A stretch of DNA of 64,000 nt from Gemmatimonadales bacterium (GTDB lineage Bacteria; Gemmatimonadota; Gemmatimonadetes; Gemmatimonadales; GWC2-71-9), in assembly GCA_036004525.1 (NCBI GenBank), contig DASYRJ010000033.1:6266-70265 (forward strand), in the 5' to 3' direction. Below the pieces are notes generated by a model that was not told where the DNA came from, did not search any database, and saw nothing but the letters and a program-made list of their open reading frames with translations. The position numbers were made by a program, and so were the translations under genes. This document shows positions 53,328 to 62,888 of this stretch, in pieces. Position 1 is the first letter of the stretch, and every line of letters begins with the position of its first letter.

Positions 53328-54379
53328 CGGGTGAAGTCCCGGTAGTACGTCTCGATCTGGTCCGGTGTGGCGGTGCGGGAAAGGATCAGCACACGATAGC
53401 GGAACGTGGTGGACTGTCCCCGCGCGAGCCGGAAGTTCAGCTCCTCCTTCCCGTTCGTGAACACCTTGCGGCCGAGCGGGTTGGCGGCGAACAGACCGTA
53501 GCCGCGCGCGTGCCAGTACGTCGGGAACCCGACATTCTGCGGGTGGTCCAGGATGGCGAGGGTCACGGGCTCACCCTCCACGGTGCCGGTGAGCATCGTC
53601 CAGCGACCGCGCGTGCCCCACACGGAGTCGCCCTCGAGGCCTTCGGAGCTGCGATAGCGGCCGGTGACGCCGTCGTTGTTGAGCATCGGCACCGTCGTGG
53701 CGTGGCCGGCGGCGTCGGTAAACACCTCGGGCGTATTGGACGGCTGCTCGAGCGCCCGCGCCACGCGCATGCCGATCAGCCCTTCCTTGTTGTCGGTGAA
53801 GGTCACGGGACCTCCGACGGCCGTGAGCGTCGTGATGCGGTCGACCTCGCGCAGGCCTTCGGCCGCACGGAAGATGAAGCGCGTGTCCTCGCGCAGCAGC
53901 GCCTTGCCCTGGGAGTCGACCCACTCCGCCGTCACGTCGAGCGTGCCTTCTCCCTCACCGCTGTGGACGCGGCGCACCGAGCGCTGGACGATGGTCCCCA
54001 TCTTGTCCGCGCGCGCCGGGGGGATGGCGTCGGAGTTGTTCCAGAAATCGAGCCCGCCGACGTCCCCGTGGTTGAACCACAGACCGACTTGATGCGGGTG
54101 ATCCACGCGCTCGCCGGGCCTGGGCTCGAGGGGCCAGCCGCGCGTGACCACCACCCCAGACGCCGCCCGCAGCGGGTAGAGCGTGGGCTTCTTGAGCGTC
54201 GTCGGCCAGATGTACGACGTAAAGGGTTTGCCGTCGACCGTGACGTCGACGCGGCGGTCGGCCTCGCGTGCCACGACGTCTACGCGAGGCTGCCTCACCC
54301 CCTGACCCCCTCTCGACTCCGTGGAGAGGGGGAACAAGGGGACGAGAGTCACGCACAGCAGCAACCAAGCCTTGCGCAT
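53324..54379 (-). CDS. PmoA-family / DUF6807-like secreted protein
   Basis: Signal peptide. DHPHQVGLWFNHGDVGGLDFWN motif. It neighbours Gfo/Idh/MocA genes, as I recall is typical of this family. Confidence 0.6.
   Translation of the reverse strand: MRKAWLLLCVTLVPLFPLSTESRGGQGVRQPRVDVVAREADRRVDVTVDGKPFTSYIWPTTLKKPTLYPLRAASGVVVTRGWPLEPRPGERVDHPHQVGLWFNHGDVGGLDFWNNSDAIPPARADKMGTIVQRSVRRVHSGEGEGTLDVTAEWVDSQGKALLREDTRFIFRAAEGLREVDRITTLTAVGGPVTFTDNKEGLIGMRVARALEQPSNTPEVFTDAAGHATTVPMLNNDGVTGRYRSSEGLEGDSVWGTRGRWTMLTGTVEGEPVTLAILDHPQNVGFPTYWHARGYGLFAANPLGRKVFTNGKEELNFRLARGQSTTFRYRVLILSRTATPDQIETYYRDFTR
54293..54348. repeat. GC-rich nested palindromic repeat, copy 2 (inside the PmoA-like gene, signal-peptide region)
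   Basis: CCTCACCCCC-TGA-CCCCCTCTC-[9 nt]-GAGAGGGGG-AACAA-GGGGACGAGAG. Confidence 0.75.
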
Positions 54380-54386
54380 GTGTGCC

Positions 54387-55727
54387 TCAACCCATCACGA
54401 TGTCTTGCTTGCCGTCGTCGAACGTAACCTTCCGTCCGGTGTGGATCGCGGCGACCGTCATGCACAGCGCCACGGAATGACTGTAGCCGGCGTCAATGGA
54501 CGCGTTGGGCTGCTTGCGCGAGCGCACGCACTCCATCCAGTTCCGCACGTTGGCGGTGGTGGACGAGTCGCCCCCCGTGTTCGCCGCGGTCTCCGTCGGC
54601 GCCACCTCGGACAGCTTCATCGTGGGCAGCTGATTGGCCTTCATGCCCATCTCCGCCGCGTAGCGCTCGGTGAGCCCGCCGTTGGGGGAGATCTCGTTCG
54701 TGTCGAGGTTCAGCATGCCGGCGTTCGAGTAGTACAGCTCCTTGGTGCCGCCGGCCCCGTTGGTCATGCGCGACGCGTACACGACCTGGAAGCCCTTTGA
54801 GGGATCGTCCAGCGGCCCGTACTCGAACACGATCGTGGCGGTGTCCCAGTTCTTGCGGCCGTCCTTCCACAGGTAGACGCCGCCGTTGGCCACGACGCTG
54901 CGGGGATGCGGGAAGCCCGTGAACCAGTGCACGGTGTCGATCTGGTGCACCATCCACTGGTCGGGGATGCCGGACGAGTACGGCCAGAAGAGCCGGTACT
55001 CGAGGTACTTGCGCGGATCCCACGCCTCGTACGGCATGTAGGCGAGGAAGCGCTTCCAATCGGTGTCCGTTTCCTTGATGGTGGAGACGAGCTGGGGCCG
55101 GCGCCAGCGGCCCGGCTGGTTCACGTTCCACGTCATCTCGGCCATGACGATATCGCCGAACTTGCCCGACCGGATGAACTCGTTGGCGGCCTGGTAATTG
55201 GCGGCGCTGCGGCGCTGGGTGCCGATCTGCACGACGCGGTCGGACTTCTTCACCGCGTCGCGGATCGCGACGGCCTGGTCCATGCTGTGCGCCAGCGGCT
55301 TCTCGATGTAGGCGTCCTTCCCGGCCCCGATCGCCTCGACGCCGTGGTAGGCGTGCAGGAAATCGGGGGTCGAGATCATCACGGCATCGGTCAGCTTCGC
55401 GGCGTACATCTCCTCGTTGTTGCGGAACGCGCGCGGCTTCGCGCCCATCACGCGCTCGATCTCCGCTACGCCCTCGTCGCGCCGCCGGTTCCAGATGTCC
55501 GACACGGCGACGATCTCGAAGTTGAGCGCGGGGCCGGCCGCCTTGAACGCGGGGAGCAGGGCCTGCCGGAACCGGTCGGAGAAGCCGACGATCCCGACCC
55601 GCACGCGGTCGTTCGCGCCCAGGATCCTGGCATAACCGGCGGCGGGCAGCGAGCTGAGGGCGGCGCCGGCGACGCCGGCTGCGGTACGCTTCACGAAGTC
55701 GCGCCGGGGCATTTTGCGTTTGGACAT
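54387..55727 (-). CDS. Gfo/Idh/MocA oxidoreductase with Tat signal (periplasmic)
   Basis: MPRRDFVKRTAAGVAGAAL leader. VGIVGFSDRF. YIEKPLAH. Confidence 0.85.
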   Translation of the reverse strand: MSKRKMPRRDFVKRTAAGVAGAALSSLPAAGYARILGANDRVRVGIVGFSDRFRQALLPAFKAAGPALNFEIVAVSDIWNRRRDEGVAEIERVMGAKPRAFRNNEEMYAAKLTDAVMISTPDFLHAYHGVEAIGAGKDAYIEKPLAHSMDQAVAIRDAVKKSDRVVQIGTQRRSAANYQAANEFIRSGKFGDIVMAEMTWNVNQPGRWRRPQLVSTIKETDTDWKRFLAYMPYEAWDPRKYLEYRLFWPYSSGIPDQWMVHQIDTVHWFTGFPHPRSVVANGGVYLWKDGRKNWDTATIVFEYGPLDDPSKGFQVVYASRMTNGAGGTKELYYSNAGMLNLDTNEISPNGGLTERYAAEMGMKANQLPTMKLSEVAPTETAANTGGDSSTTANVRNWMECVRSRKQPNASIDAGYSHSVALCMTVAAIHTGRKVTFDDGKQDIVMG

Positions 55728-55764
55728 CTCCCCTCCTCTATGAGTAGTGGACGCTGCATGTCGG

Positions 55765-56643
55765 TCAACCCGCCGCTCCCGCCCTGCGGCGGCCGGCGGC
55801 GGCGAGCCCGGCGATCACGCCGCGCATGTAGGCGAACGACCGCTGCATTCCCGGCGACGGGTCGTCGGCGTCGATCTCGTACTCGAGGTTGACGTACCCC
55901 GCGTAGCGGATCGCCTGGAGCTGCTGGAAGATCGCGGCGATGGGCATCGCGCCCTCGCCGACGATGCACTGGCTCCCTTTCGCGGTCAGGTCGCGCAGAT
56001 CCTTGGCGTGCATGTCCAGCAGCCGGGGCCCGGCATCCGCGATCGCACGCACGACGTCGGTGCCCGTCCGCGCGGTGTGACCGATGTCGATGCACAACCC
56101 CATGCGGGCGTCCATCGTCCGGACCTGCTTCAGCACATCGTACGGGGACGGGAAGCGCTTGTCCTCCGGACCGTGGTTGTGAATCGCGACCTTGATGTCG
56201 TACTCCCGGGCGAGCCGCTCGATGCGTGGCAGGATGGGGGGGTCCGCCGTCGCGACGATGAGCGGCATCCCGGCGCCCCTGGCGTAGTCGAAGTACTTCC
56301 GCACGCCCGCATCGGTATCCTGGTCGAAGGTGATCGTGCCGCCGCCCACGATCTCGAGGCCGGCGGCCTCGATCTCGCGCCGCGCGGCGGCCAGCTCGTC
56401 CGCCGACAGCTCGTACGGCAGGTGCACGGACTTGAGGTTGATATACCGCGTCCCGAGCGCTTTGACCATCTCGATGGCCTGCGCGCGCGTGAACTTGCGG
56501 AGCGAGTAGCTGGCCACGCCGAGCTGGATCTCCCCGCCACGTTCCCCCTCTCCACGTAGTGGAGAGGGGGCCAGGGGGTGAGGCACGAGGACCGCCGCCA
56601 CGCCCGCGGCGCTCGTCGCCAGAAAGGTCCGGCGGTCGGGCAC
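55765..56643 (-). CDS. Xylose-isomerase-like TIM-barrel protein (sugar phosphate isomerase/epimerase family) with Tat signal
   Basis: GTG start gives VPDRRTFLATSAAGVAAV. IQLGVASYSL, VAIHNHG, CIDIGH, VNLEYE. Confidence 0.8.
   Translation of the reverse strand: MPDRRTFLATSAAGVAAVLVPHPLAPSPLRGEGERGGEIQLGVASYSLRKFTRAQAIEMVKALGTRYINLKSVHLPYELSADELAAARREIEAAGLEIVGGGTITFDQDTDAGVRKYFDYARGAGMPLIVATADPPILPRIERLAREYDIKVAIHNHGPEDKRFPSPYDVLKQVRTMDARMGLCIDIGHTARTGTDVVRAIADAGPRLLDMHAKDLRDLTAKGSQCIVGEGAMPIAAIFQQLQAIRYAGYVNLEYEIDADDPSPGMQRSFAYMRGVIAGLAAAGRRRAGAAG
56530..56583. repeat. GC-rich nested palindromic repeat, copy 3 (inside the TIM-barrel gene just after the Tat signal; opposite orientation)
   Basis: The reverse complement reads CCTCACCCCC-TGG-CCCCCTCTCC-[7 nt]-GGAGAGGGGG-AACGT-GGCGGGGAG. 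Confidence 0.75.
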
Positions 56644-56645
56644 GC

Positions 56646-58292
56646 TCAGTATCCCGGGTTCTGCGGGTAGACGTTGCTCGTCCGGTCGATCTGTCGCTGC
56701 GGGATCGGCCGCAGCACGTGGAACGGCTTGATACTGTTCGAGCCCGTGGACTCCATCCAGTTGTATGCCTTCACGCGGGCCAGCAGGGTGTGTGTGCGCA
56801 CCAGGTCGAACCATCGCTGCATCTCGCCCGCCAGCTCCCGCGCCCGCTCGTTGAGAACCTCGGAGAGGGTGAACTGGGCAGGCGTCAACTCCATCTCCAG
56901 CTCGTGCCCGGGAATAGCGGCGCGCCGCCGCACCGCGTTGATGTACGGGAGCCCCTCCGCCGCCCGGCCGTCCCGCAGGAGCGCTTCGGCGGCGATCAAG
57001 TAGGTATCGGCCAGCCGCGCCACGAAGAAGTCACGAGAGCCGCGCTCGTCGTTGACGCTGAGGCGGAAGGGGTCGTGAAACTTGTTCAGCGACGGGAATA
57101 TCTTGTTGAAATACGACTTCGGGGTGTAGACGCGGTACGGCTTGGTTCGTGCCAATACCGTGTCGGCATCCGTCGGCGAGATGTAGACCGCGGTGTCGCC
57201 GAGCCGGAACTTGGGGACGCCCAGCGAGTCTCTCGGGATCGTCGCTGCGTTGTTGCTGTACCAGACGCGCGTGAACTGCGCGTCGTAGCGCGAGTCCTTG
57301 GTCCGGTCGTACAGGTTCAAGAAGAAGGTCGTGGGACGGAAGCGTTTGAACGGGCGGCCGTTGGCGATGTCGCGCGTCATCCCGGGGAGCACGTCGTATT
57401 CCGCCAGGAAGTACAGGTGCCCCTTGTTCCCGTTCCCCGTGGTGAGGGGATCGGGGGTGAACTGGACCGACCAGATGACCTCCCCGTTCCGCTCGTTGGC
57501 GAAGTCGAACACGTCCTTGAACCGCGACAACAAGGTGTACTGCCCGGAGTTGATGACCCGCTGCGCGTAATCGGCGGCGTTCGCGAAGTCGCCGGCCGCG
57601 AGCTTCGCGGCTTCGTCGGCGGTGGAGTCGGCGTCGCGGATGCGCGTCAAGTACACCTTGGCCAGCAGGTGCTGCGCCGCGCCCTTCGTCGCCCGCCCGT
57701 AGTCCTTCGCGACCGCCGGCAGGTTGGCCTCCGCATAGCGCAGGTCGCTGATGATCGCCTCGTACACCGAGTCGACGGGCGCCCGGGCCGCCTCGGTGCT
57801 GGGCGTGAGCGTCGGGTGCAGGCTGAGCGTTATGGGCCCGAACATCTGCACCAGGTCGAAGTAATAGAGGGCTCGCAAGAAGCGCAATTCGCCCACGCGC
57901 TGGGCCTTGAGCGTCGAATCGATCTGGACGAGCGGGGCCTGGTCGATCGCCGTGTTGGCGGTGTTGATCGCCCGATAGAAGTCGCCCCAGGTGTCCTGGA
58001 AGAACGACTCGGTGGGGTTCAACCCCGCCGTGTAATCGTTGATCACCTTGTGGCTCCCGTCGGACCCCTTGGTGTAGATGTCGGTCCCGAACTCGGTCAC
58101 CGTGAAGCCGCGCTCCTGCGCGTAGAAGCTGCGCAGCGGCTCGTAGGTGGCGTTGACGAGCGCGTTGAACGCCGCGGGCGTGCCGTACGCGCCGGGCGTG
58201 AGTCCGCTGATGGGGTCTTCATTCAGGTCCACGCAGCCGGGAAGGGCGGCCAGCAGTGCGGCGCCCAGCATCATGGCAGTGTGCTTGGTCAT
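56646..58292 (-). CDS. SusD/RagB family lipoprotein
   Basis: Lipobox LAALPGC. FLRALYYFDLVQMFGPI. C-terminal QNPGY. Confidence 0.85.
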   Translation of the reverse strand: MTKHTAMMLGAALLAALPGCVDLNEDPISGLTPGAYGTPAAFNALVNATYEPLRSFYAQERGFTVTEFGTDIYTKGSDGSHKVINDYTAGLNPTESFFQDTWGDFYRAINTANTAIDQAPLVQIDSTLKAQRVGELRFLRALYYFDLVQMFGPITLSLHPTLTPSTEAARAPVDSVYEAIISDLRYAEANLPAVAKDYGRATKGAAQHLLAKVYLTRIRDADSTADEAAKLAAGDFANAADYAQRVINSGQYTLLSRFKDVFDFANERNGEVIWSVQFTPDPLTTGNGNKGHLYFLAEYDVLPGMTRDIANGRPFKRFRPTTFFLNLYDRTKDSRYDAQFTRVWYSNNAATIPRDSLGVPKFRLGDTAVYISPTDADTVLARTKPYRVYTPKSYFNKIFPSLNKFHDPFRLSVNDERGSRDFFVARLADTYLIAAEALLRDGRAAEGLPYINAVRRRAAIPGHELEMELTPAQFTLSEVLNERARELAGEMQRWFDLVRTHTLLARVKAYNWMESTGSNSIKPFHVLRPIPQRQIDRTSNVYPQNPGY

Positions 58293-58308
58293 GGCTGTCT
58301 CTCCGCCT

Positions 58309-61300
58309 CTAGATGCCCAGGGTGACGCCCATCATCACCGTCCGGTAGCTCGGCACGCCGGGATTGGTGCGGGACTCGGGGTCCAGCCCCTTGAACTTGG
58401 TGAACAGGAACGGATCGAGCGCCGTCGCGTAGATCCGCAAGGACCGGGCACGAAACAGGCCTGCGCGGCCATCGGGCACGGTATACCCGACGGTGATGTT
58501 GCGGACACGGACGAACGATCCTTCCTCGTAGCCCCGCGCGTCGCCGTACAGCGGGAATTCCTGGTCGGCGTTGGGTCGGGGATCGGTGTTGGACGGGTTG
58601 GTCGGGGTCCAGTAGTCCGTGAGGATGTTGTTGTAACGGCCGAAGAGCTGGTTCTGGCCGGTGCGGAACTCGTCGTGCACCATGAAGTCCAGCCGCGCGA
58701 CCGCCATGACCGACAGGTCGATCCCCTTCCAGTCGAGCCGGCTCGTCAGGCTCCCCGTCCAGCGGGGGAAGGGCGTGCCGAGAATGACGCGGTCCGCGCC
58801 GTCGATCTTGCCGTCGCCGCGCCACTGTCCGGTGACGCTGTCGTAGACCGTCGGCTGGTCGACCACGCGAATCTGTCCGGGTTTCTGCGCGTACCCCAGG
58901 GCGGTGAGCGAGTCCTGATGCTGCCAAATGCCGGCGAACTGGTAGTCGTAGTACACGTCGATCGGCTGACCCACGAACCAGCCGTTGCCGATGTCGCGCT
59001 GCAAGCCGCTCGACAGCCGGACGATCCGGTTGCGATTCGAGGCCCCGTTGACGTCGACGTTCCAGCGCAGCCCATGCCAGTCCTGGACGAGCAGCGTGGA
59101 GAAGGCCACCTCGATGCCGGTGTTGCGCGTCGCCCCGACGTTCTCGAGAATGCTCGAATAGCCGGTGGTCGGCGGGAGCTGCCGCTCCATGATCAGGTCG
59201 CGGGTGTCGGCGCGGTAGTAGTCCACCGATCCCGACAGGCGGTTGTTCAGCGCCGTGAACTCGAGCCCCACGTCCATTTGGCCGGTCCGCTCCCACTTCA
59301 AGTTCGGGTTGGGCAGCCGGCCGGGCCGGTAGCCGACGGCCGCCTGACCGGCGAAGGAGTAGATCGTCCGGGTCAATGAGCCCTCGGTCTGATAGGGACT
59401 GATCGACGTGTTTCCGGTGACCCCGTAGCTGGCGCGCAGCTTCAGGTCGGAGAAGATCCGGGTGCGCCGCACGAGGTCTTCCTCGGACAGGCGCCACGCG
59501 ACGGCGACCGAGGGAAACAGCCCGTACTTCCGCCCGGGCGCCAAGCGCGAGGATCCGTCCCGGCGCGTGGTCACGGTAAACAGATAGCGGTCTTTGAGCG
59601 TGTAGTTGACGCGCGCCATCACGGACAGGAGTGACCACTCCTCCAGGCTGCTGTAGGGGGGGTCGACGTTGGTGGCCGACCCGATGTCGTAGAACAGTTG
59701 ATGCTCGTTGGCCACCCCGGTGACGTGCACCGTGTCGTCTTCGGTTCGCTGCTGCTGGATACTGTACAGGAGCGTGGTCGTGAGCCGATGGTCGTTGCCG
59801 AGCCGTCCGTGGAAGGTGAGGATATTGTCCAGCGTGTAGGCGAACGTCCGACTTTGCCACAATCCCGCGTCGGCGCCGCTCCCCTGCATCGCCTGCGTCT
59901 CGGCGCCGCGGAACACGCCCCGGCGATAGAACGTGAGGTCGGGGCCGAAGTTCAGGCGCCAGTTCAGCGCCGGCGCCAGATCGTAGTCGGCGAACAGCGT
60001 GCCGAACACCCGGGTGCGCTGGCGTTCGTCCATCCAATTCCGAATGTCGGAGAGCGGGTTGACCCGCTGCCCGTCGGGCGTGGGCTTGAACAGGATCTTG
60101 CCGGTGCTGTCGTAGGGCACGCCCAGGGGATTGTTGCCGAGCGCCTCACTGTAGACGCCATCGCCGCGGCCCAGGTTCTGGTCGGTGCGGATCAGGGACG
60201 TCGAGCTGCCGACCCGCAGCCGCGGGTTCAGCTCGTGGTCGAAGTTCAGGCGCATCGACCGCCGCCTGAAGTCCTGCGCGGTGATGATCCCATCCTGCTG
60301 CAGCTGGCCCAGCGTGAGGGCGAATCGGGTCCGCTCGTCGCCGCCCGTCACGCCCACCTCGTTGCTGACCTGCATGCCCTCCCGCAGCACGAGGCTCTGC
60401 CAGTCGGTCGAGAGCCCCGCCCGCATCGCCGCCAGCTCCTGGGGCCAGAACAGCTTGGCGTCGCCCGAGTCACAGACCGCGACGGTGCTCGGACACTTGT
60501 AGTTTCCCGTGGTCCGGTTCGCTTCCCGCTTGTGCTCGGCGAACTCCGGGCCGTTCATCATCCGGACGCGCCGCACCGGCTCCTGATAGCCGGCGTACGT
60601 GTCGTAGGTGATGTTGGTCGTCCCCGCCCGGCCCTGCCGGCTGGTGATGAGCACCACGCCGTTCGCCCCGCGCGAGCCGTAGATCGCCGTGGCCGACGCG
60701 TCCTTCAGCACCTCGATCGACTCGATGTCCCTCGGATTCAGATCGCCGATGCCCCCGGACATCGGAATGCCGTCGAGCACGTAGAGCGGATCGTTCGACG
60801 CGTTGAGGGACCGCGTCCCCCGCAGGCGGACGCGCACGCCGTCGCCGGGCTTGTTGCCGGTCGTCACGATGTCCACGCCGGGCACGCGCCCTTTGATCGC
60901 CTCGATGGCGTTCACCTTGGGCACCTCGTGCACGTCGTTCCCACCCACCGACGCCACCGATCCCGTGATGTCGCGGCGCACCTGCGTGCCGTAGCCGATG
61001 ACGACCACTTCCTGCAGCGCGACGGCCAGCTGCTGCAGACGGAAGTCCGCGGTCACGGTCTGCCCCGCCGTCACGACCACGTTCGGGACTTGCCAGAGTC
61101 CGTAGCCGATGAGTTGGGCCTGCACACGGTATGTCCCGGACGGCACGCCGCGGATCGTGTACCGGCCGTCAGGGCCGGCCTCCGCACCGAGCTTCGTGCC
61201 GACCACGGCTACCTGAGCGCCCTGCAGCGGCGTCCCGGTGGCCTGGTCCTGCACCATCCCGGTAATCGTGCCCCTGGCACCTGTGGTGTCCTGAGCGAGG

Positions 61301-61386
61301 GCGGTCTGGATTGGTACCAGAGCGAGCAGCGGTAAGAGAAGCGAGAGACGGAACGGAGCGACTGGGGACGACGTGGAGGCGGACAT
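58309..61386 (-). CDS. SusC/RagA-type TonB-dependent outer-membrane transporter
   Basis: Start at MSASTSS... Signal peptide ..IQTALAQD. GTITGMVQDQATGTPLQGAQV. VRLRGTRSLNASNDPLYVLDGIP..VLKDASATAIYGSRGANGVVLITSRQG. C-terminus MMGVTLGI. Confidence 0.9.
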   Translation of the reverse strand: MSASTSSPVAPFRLSLLLPLLALVPIQTALAQDTTGARGTITGMVQDQATGTPLQGAQVAVVGTKLGAEAGPDGRYTIRGVPSGTYRVQAQLIGYGLWQVPNVVVTAGQTVTADFRLQQLAVALQEVVVIGYGTQVRRDITGSVASVGGNDVHEVPKVNAIEAIKGRVPGVDIVTTGNKPGDGVRVRLRGTRSLNASNDPLYVLDGIPMSGGIGDLNPRDIESIEVLKDASATAIYGSRGANGVVLITSRQGRAGTTNITYDTYAGYQEPVRRVRMMNGPEFAEHKREANRTTGNYKCPSTVAVCDSGDAKLFWPQELAAMRAGLSTDWQSLVLREGMQVSNEVGVTGGDERTRFALTLGQLQQDGIITAQDFRRRSMRLNFDHELNPRLRVGSSTSLIRTDQNLGRGDGVYSEALGNNPLGVPYDSTGKILFKPTPDGQRVNPLSDIRNWMDERQRTRVFGTLFADYDLAPALNWRLNFGPDLTFYRRGVFRGAETQAMQGSGADAGLWQSRTFAYTLDNILTFHGRLGNDHRLTTTLLYSIQQQRTEDDTVHVTGVANEHQLFYDIGSATNVDPPYSSLEEWSLLSVMARVNYTLKDRYLFTVTTRRDGSSRLAPGRKYGLFPSVAVAWRLSEEDLVRRTRIFSDLKLRASYGVTGNTSISPYQTEGSLTRTIYSFAGQAAVGYRPGRLPNPNLKWERTGQMDVGLEFTALNNRLSGSVDYYRADTRDLIMERQLPPTTGYSSILENVGATRNTGIEVAFSTLLVQDWHGLRWNVDVNGASNRNRIVRLSSGLQRDIGNGWFVGQPIDVYYDYQFAGIWQHQDSLTALGYAQKPGQIRVVDQPTVYDSVTGQWRGDGKIDGADRVILGTPFPRWTGSLTSRLDWKGIDLSVMAVARLDFMVHDEFRTGQNQLFGRYNNILTDYWTPTNPSNTDPRPNADQEFPLYGDARGYEEGSFVRVRNITVGYTVPDGRAGLFRARSLRIYATALDPFLFTKFKGLDPESRTNPGVPSYRTVMMGVTLGI

Positions 61387-61576
61387 GGAACGACACCCCC
61401 GAGCGGCGTGACGGCCAACAAGCCACATGGGATCCTCCGAGTGGGCGCACTTCTCGTCTCGTTGGGGCGCGCAAAGCTCATGCCCTCACTGGTCGTCAGT
61501 GGTCGTCGCCAAGTGATTGGTGCGCCGATGTACCGGCGCGCACCGCTGCGCCGTCCAGGTGTCCGGTGTGGCGTGA

Positions 61577-62884
61577 GTGCAGCAGCGAGGTGCATGGACG
61601 CAACACCACCTTGCCGCCGCCGCCATCAGCGCGATCTTCAGCGTCATGCTCGCTGCCCTCGTCGCGTTTTCTCTCGGCTGTGCCGCGCAATCATCGCTCG
61701 ACAACGCACCCGGTGCCGCGGCGTCCGCGCACCCGGCCCCCCCGAGGGTCTACTCGTTGCGCGCGGACGCGTTGGAGCGGGCAAAACAACGGATCCACGG
61801 CGGCGGCGCGAGCATGACGGCGTACGAGCGGCTCGTGGGCGAGGCCGACGCGGCGCTCCAGGCCGGCCCGTTCTCGGTGATGGACAAACATCGCGTCCCG
61901 CCCAGCGGCGACCGTCACGATTACGTGAGCATGGGCCCGTACTGGTGGCCCGATTCCAGCAAGCCGAACGGCCTGCCGTACATCCGTCGCGACGGCGAGC
62001 GCAATCCCGAGATCGCGAGCGACTACGACGCGCCGCGGTTCGGCGCGCTGACGGGCGCGGTCACGACGCTCTCGCTCGCCTATTACTTCACCGACGACGA
62101 GAAGTACGCGGCGCGGGCGGCGCTCCTGCTGCGCGTGTGGTTCCTCGATCCCGCCACGCGCATGCATCCGCACCTGCGGTACGGGCAGCGCATTCCGGGC
62201 ATCACCGAAGGCCGCGCGGCGGGGATCATCGAGACCCGGCGGCTCGTGGATATCGTCGACGCCATCGGCATGCTCGAGCGCTCGCCGGCCTGGACCGACG
62301 CGGACGCCCGGGGCATGCGCGCCTGGATGGCCGCGTACCGCGAGTGGCTGCTGACGAGCCAGATCGGGAAAGACGAGCAGCGCGCCCGGAACAACCACGG
62401 CAGCTGGTACGACGCGCAGGTCGCGGCGCTCGCCCTGTTCACCGGCGACACGGCGCTGGCGCGGTCCACGATCGAGGCGAGCAAGACGCGCCGCATCGCC
62501 ACGCAGGTCACCCCGGATGGACGGCAGCCCTACGAGCTGGCCCGCACGCGGTCGCTCGGATACAGCGTCATGAACCTCGAGGCCCTGTGCCGGCTGGCGG
62601 AGCTGGGGCGGCACGTGGGCGTGGACCTCTGGTCGTACGAGTCGCCGGGCGGTGGAAGCATTCGCAAGGCGCTGGACTACGTGGCACCCTACGCCGACAC
62701 GACGCGGAAGTGGCCCGGCCTCGAGATCGCGCGGAATGCGCCGGATTTTCTGGTGCTCATGCTCGAGCGTGCCCGCATCGCGTACGGCGATGAGTACGGA
62801 GACCTGTTGCGCAAGATTCCGCGAGACCTGGTCCTATCGCACCGGGCGCAGTTACTCTATCCGGATCCGAACCCTGCGCCCTAG
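61577..62884 (+). CDS. Alginate-lyase-family (PF05426-like) polysaccharide lyase lipoprotein
   Basis: Lipobox FSLGC. PSGDRHDYVSMGPYWWPD..NGLPYIRRDGERNPE, NNHGSWYDAQV. Confidence 0.65.
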   Translation: MQQRGAWTQHHLAAAAISAIFSVMLAALVAFSLGCAAQSSLDNAPGAAASAHPAPPRVYSLRADALERAKQRIHGGGASMTAYERLVGEADAALQAGPFSVMDKHRVPPSGDRHDYVSMGPYWWPDSSKPNGLPYIRRDGERNPEIASDYDAPRFGALTGAVTTLSLAYYFTDDEKYAARAALLLRVWFLDPATRMHPHLRYGQRIPGITEGRAAGIIETRRLVDIVDAIGMLERSPAWTDADARGMRAWMAAYREWLLTSQIGKDEQRARNNHGSWYDAQVAALALFTGDTALARSTIEASKTRRIATQVTPDGRQPYELARTRSLGYSVMNLEALCRLAELGRHVGVDLWSYESPGGGSIRKALDYVAPYADTTRKWPGLEIARNAPDFLVLMLERARIAYGDEYGDLLRKIPRDLVLSHRAQLLYPDPNPAP

Positions 62885-62888
62885 GCCC

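Noticed and set aside
56559-61335. ORFs 56559..58325 (+), 58289..60037 (-), 59698..61335 (+), 58147..59379 (+)
   Set aside because: They overlap the second SusD/SusC pair in wrong frames or on the wrong strand. The SusC/D frames carry the family motifs and signal peptides.
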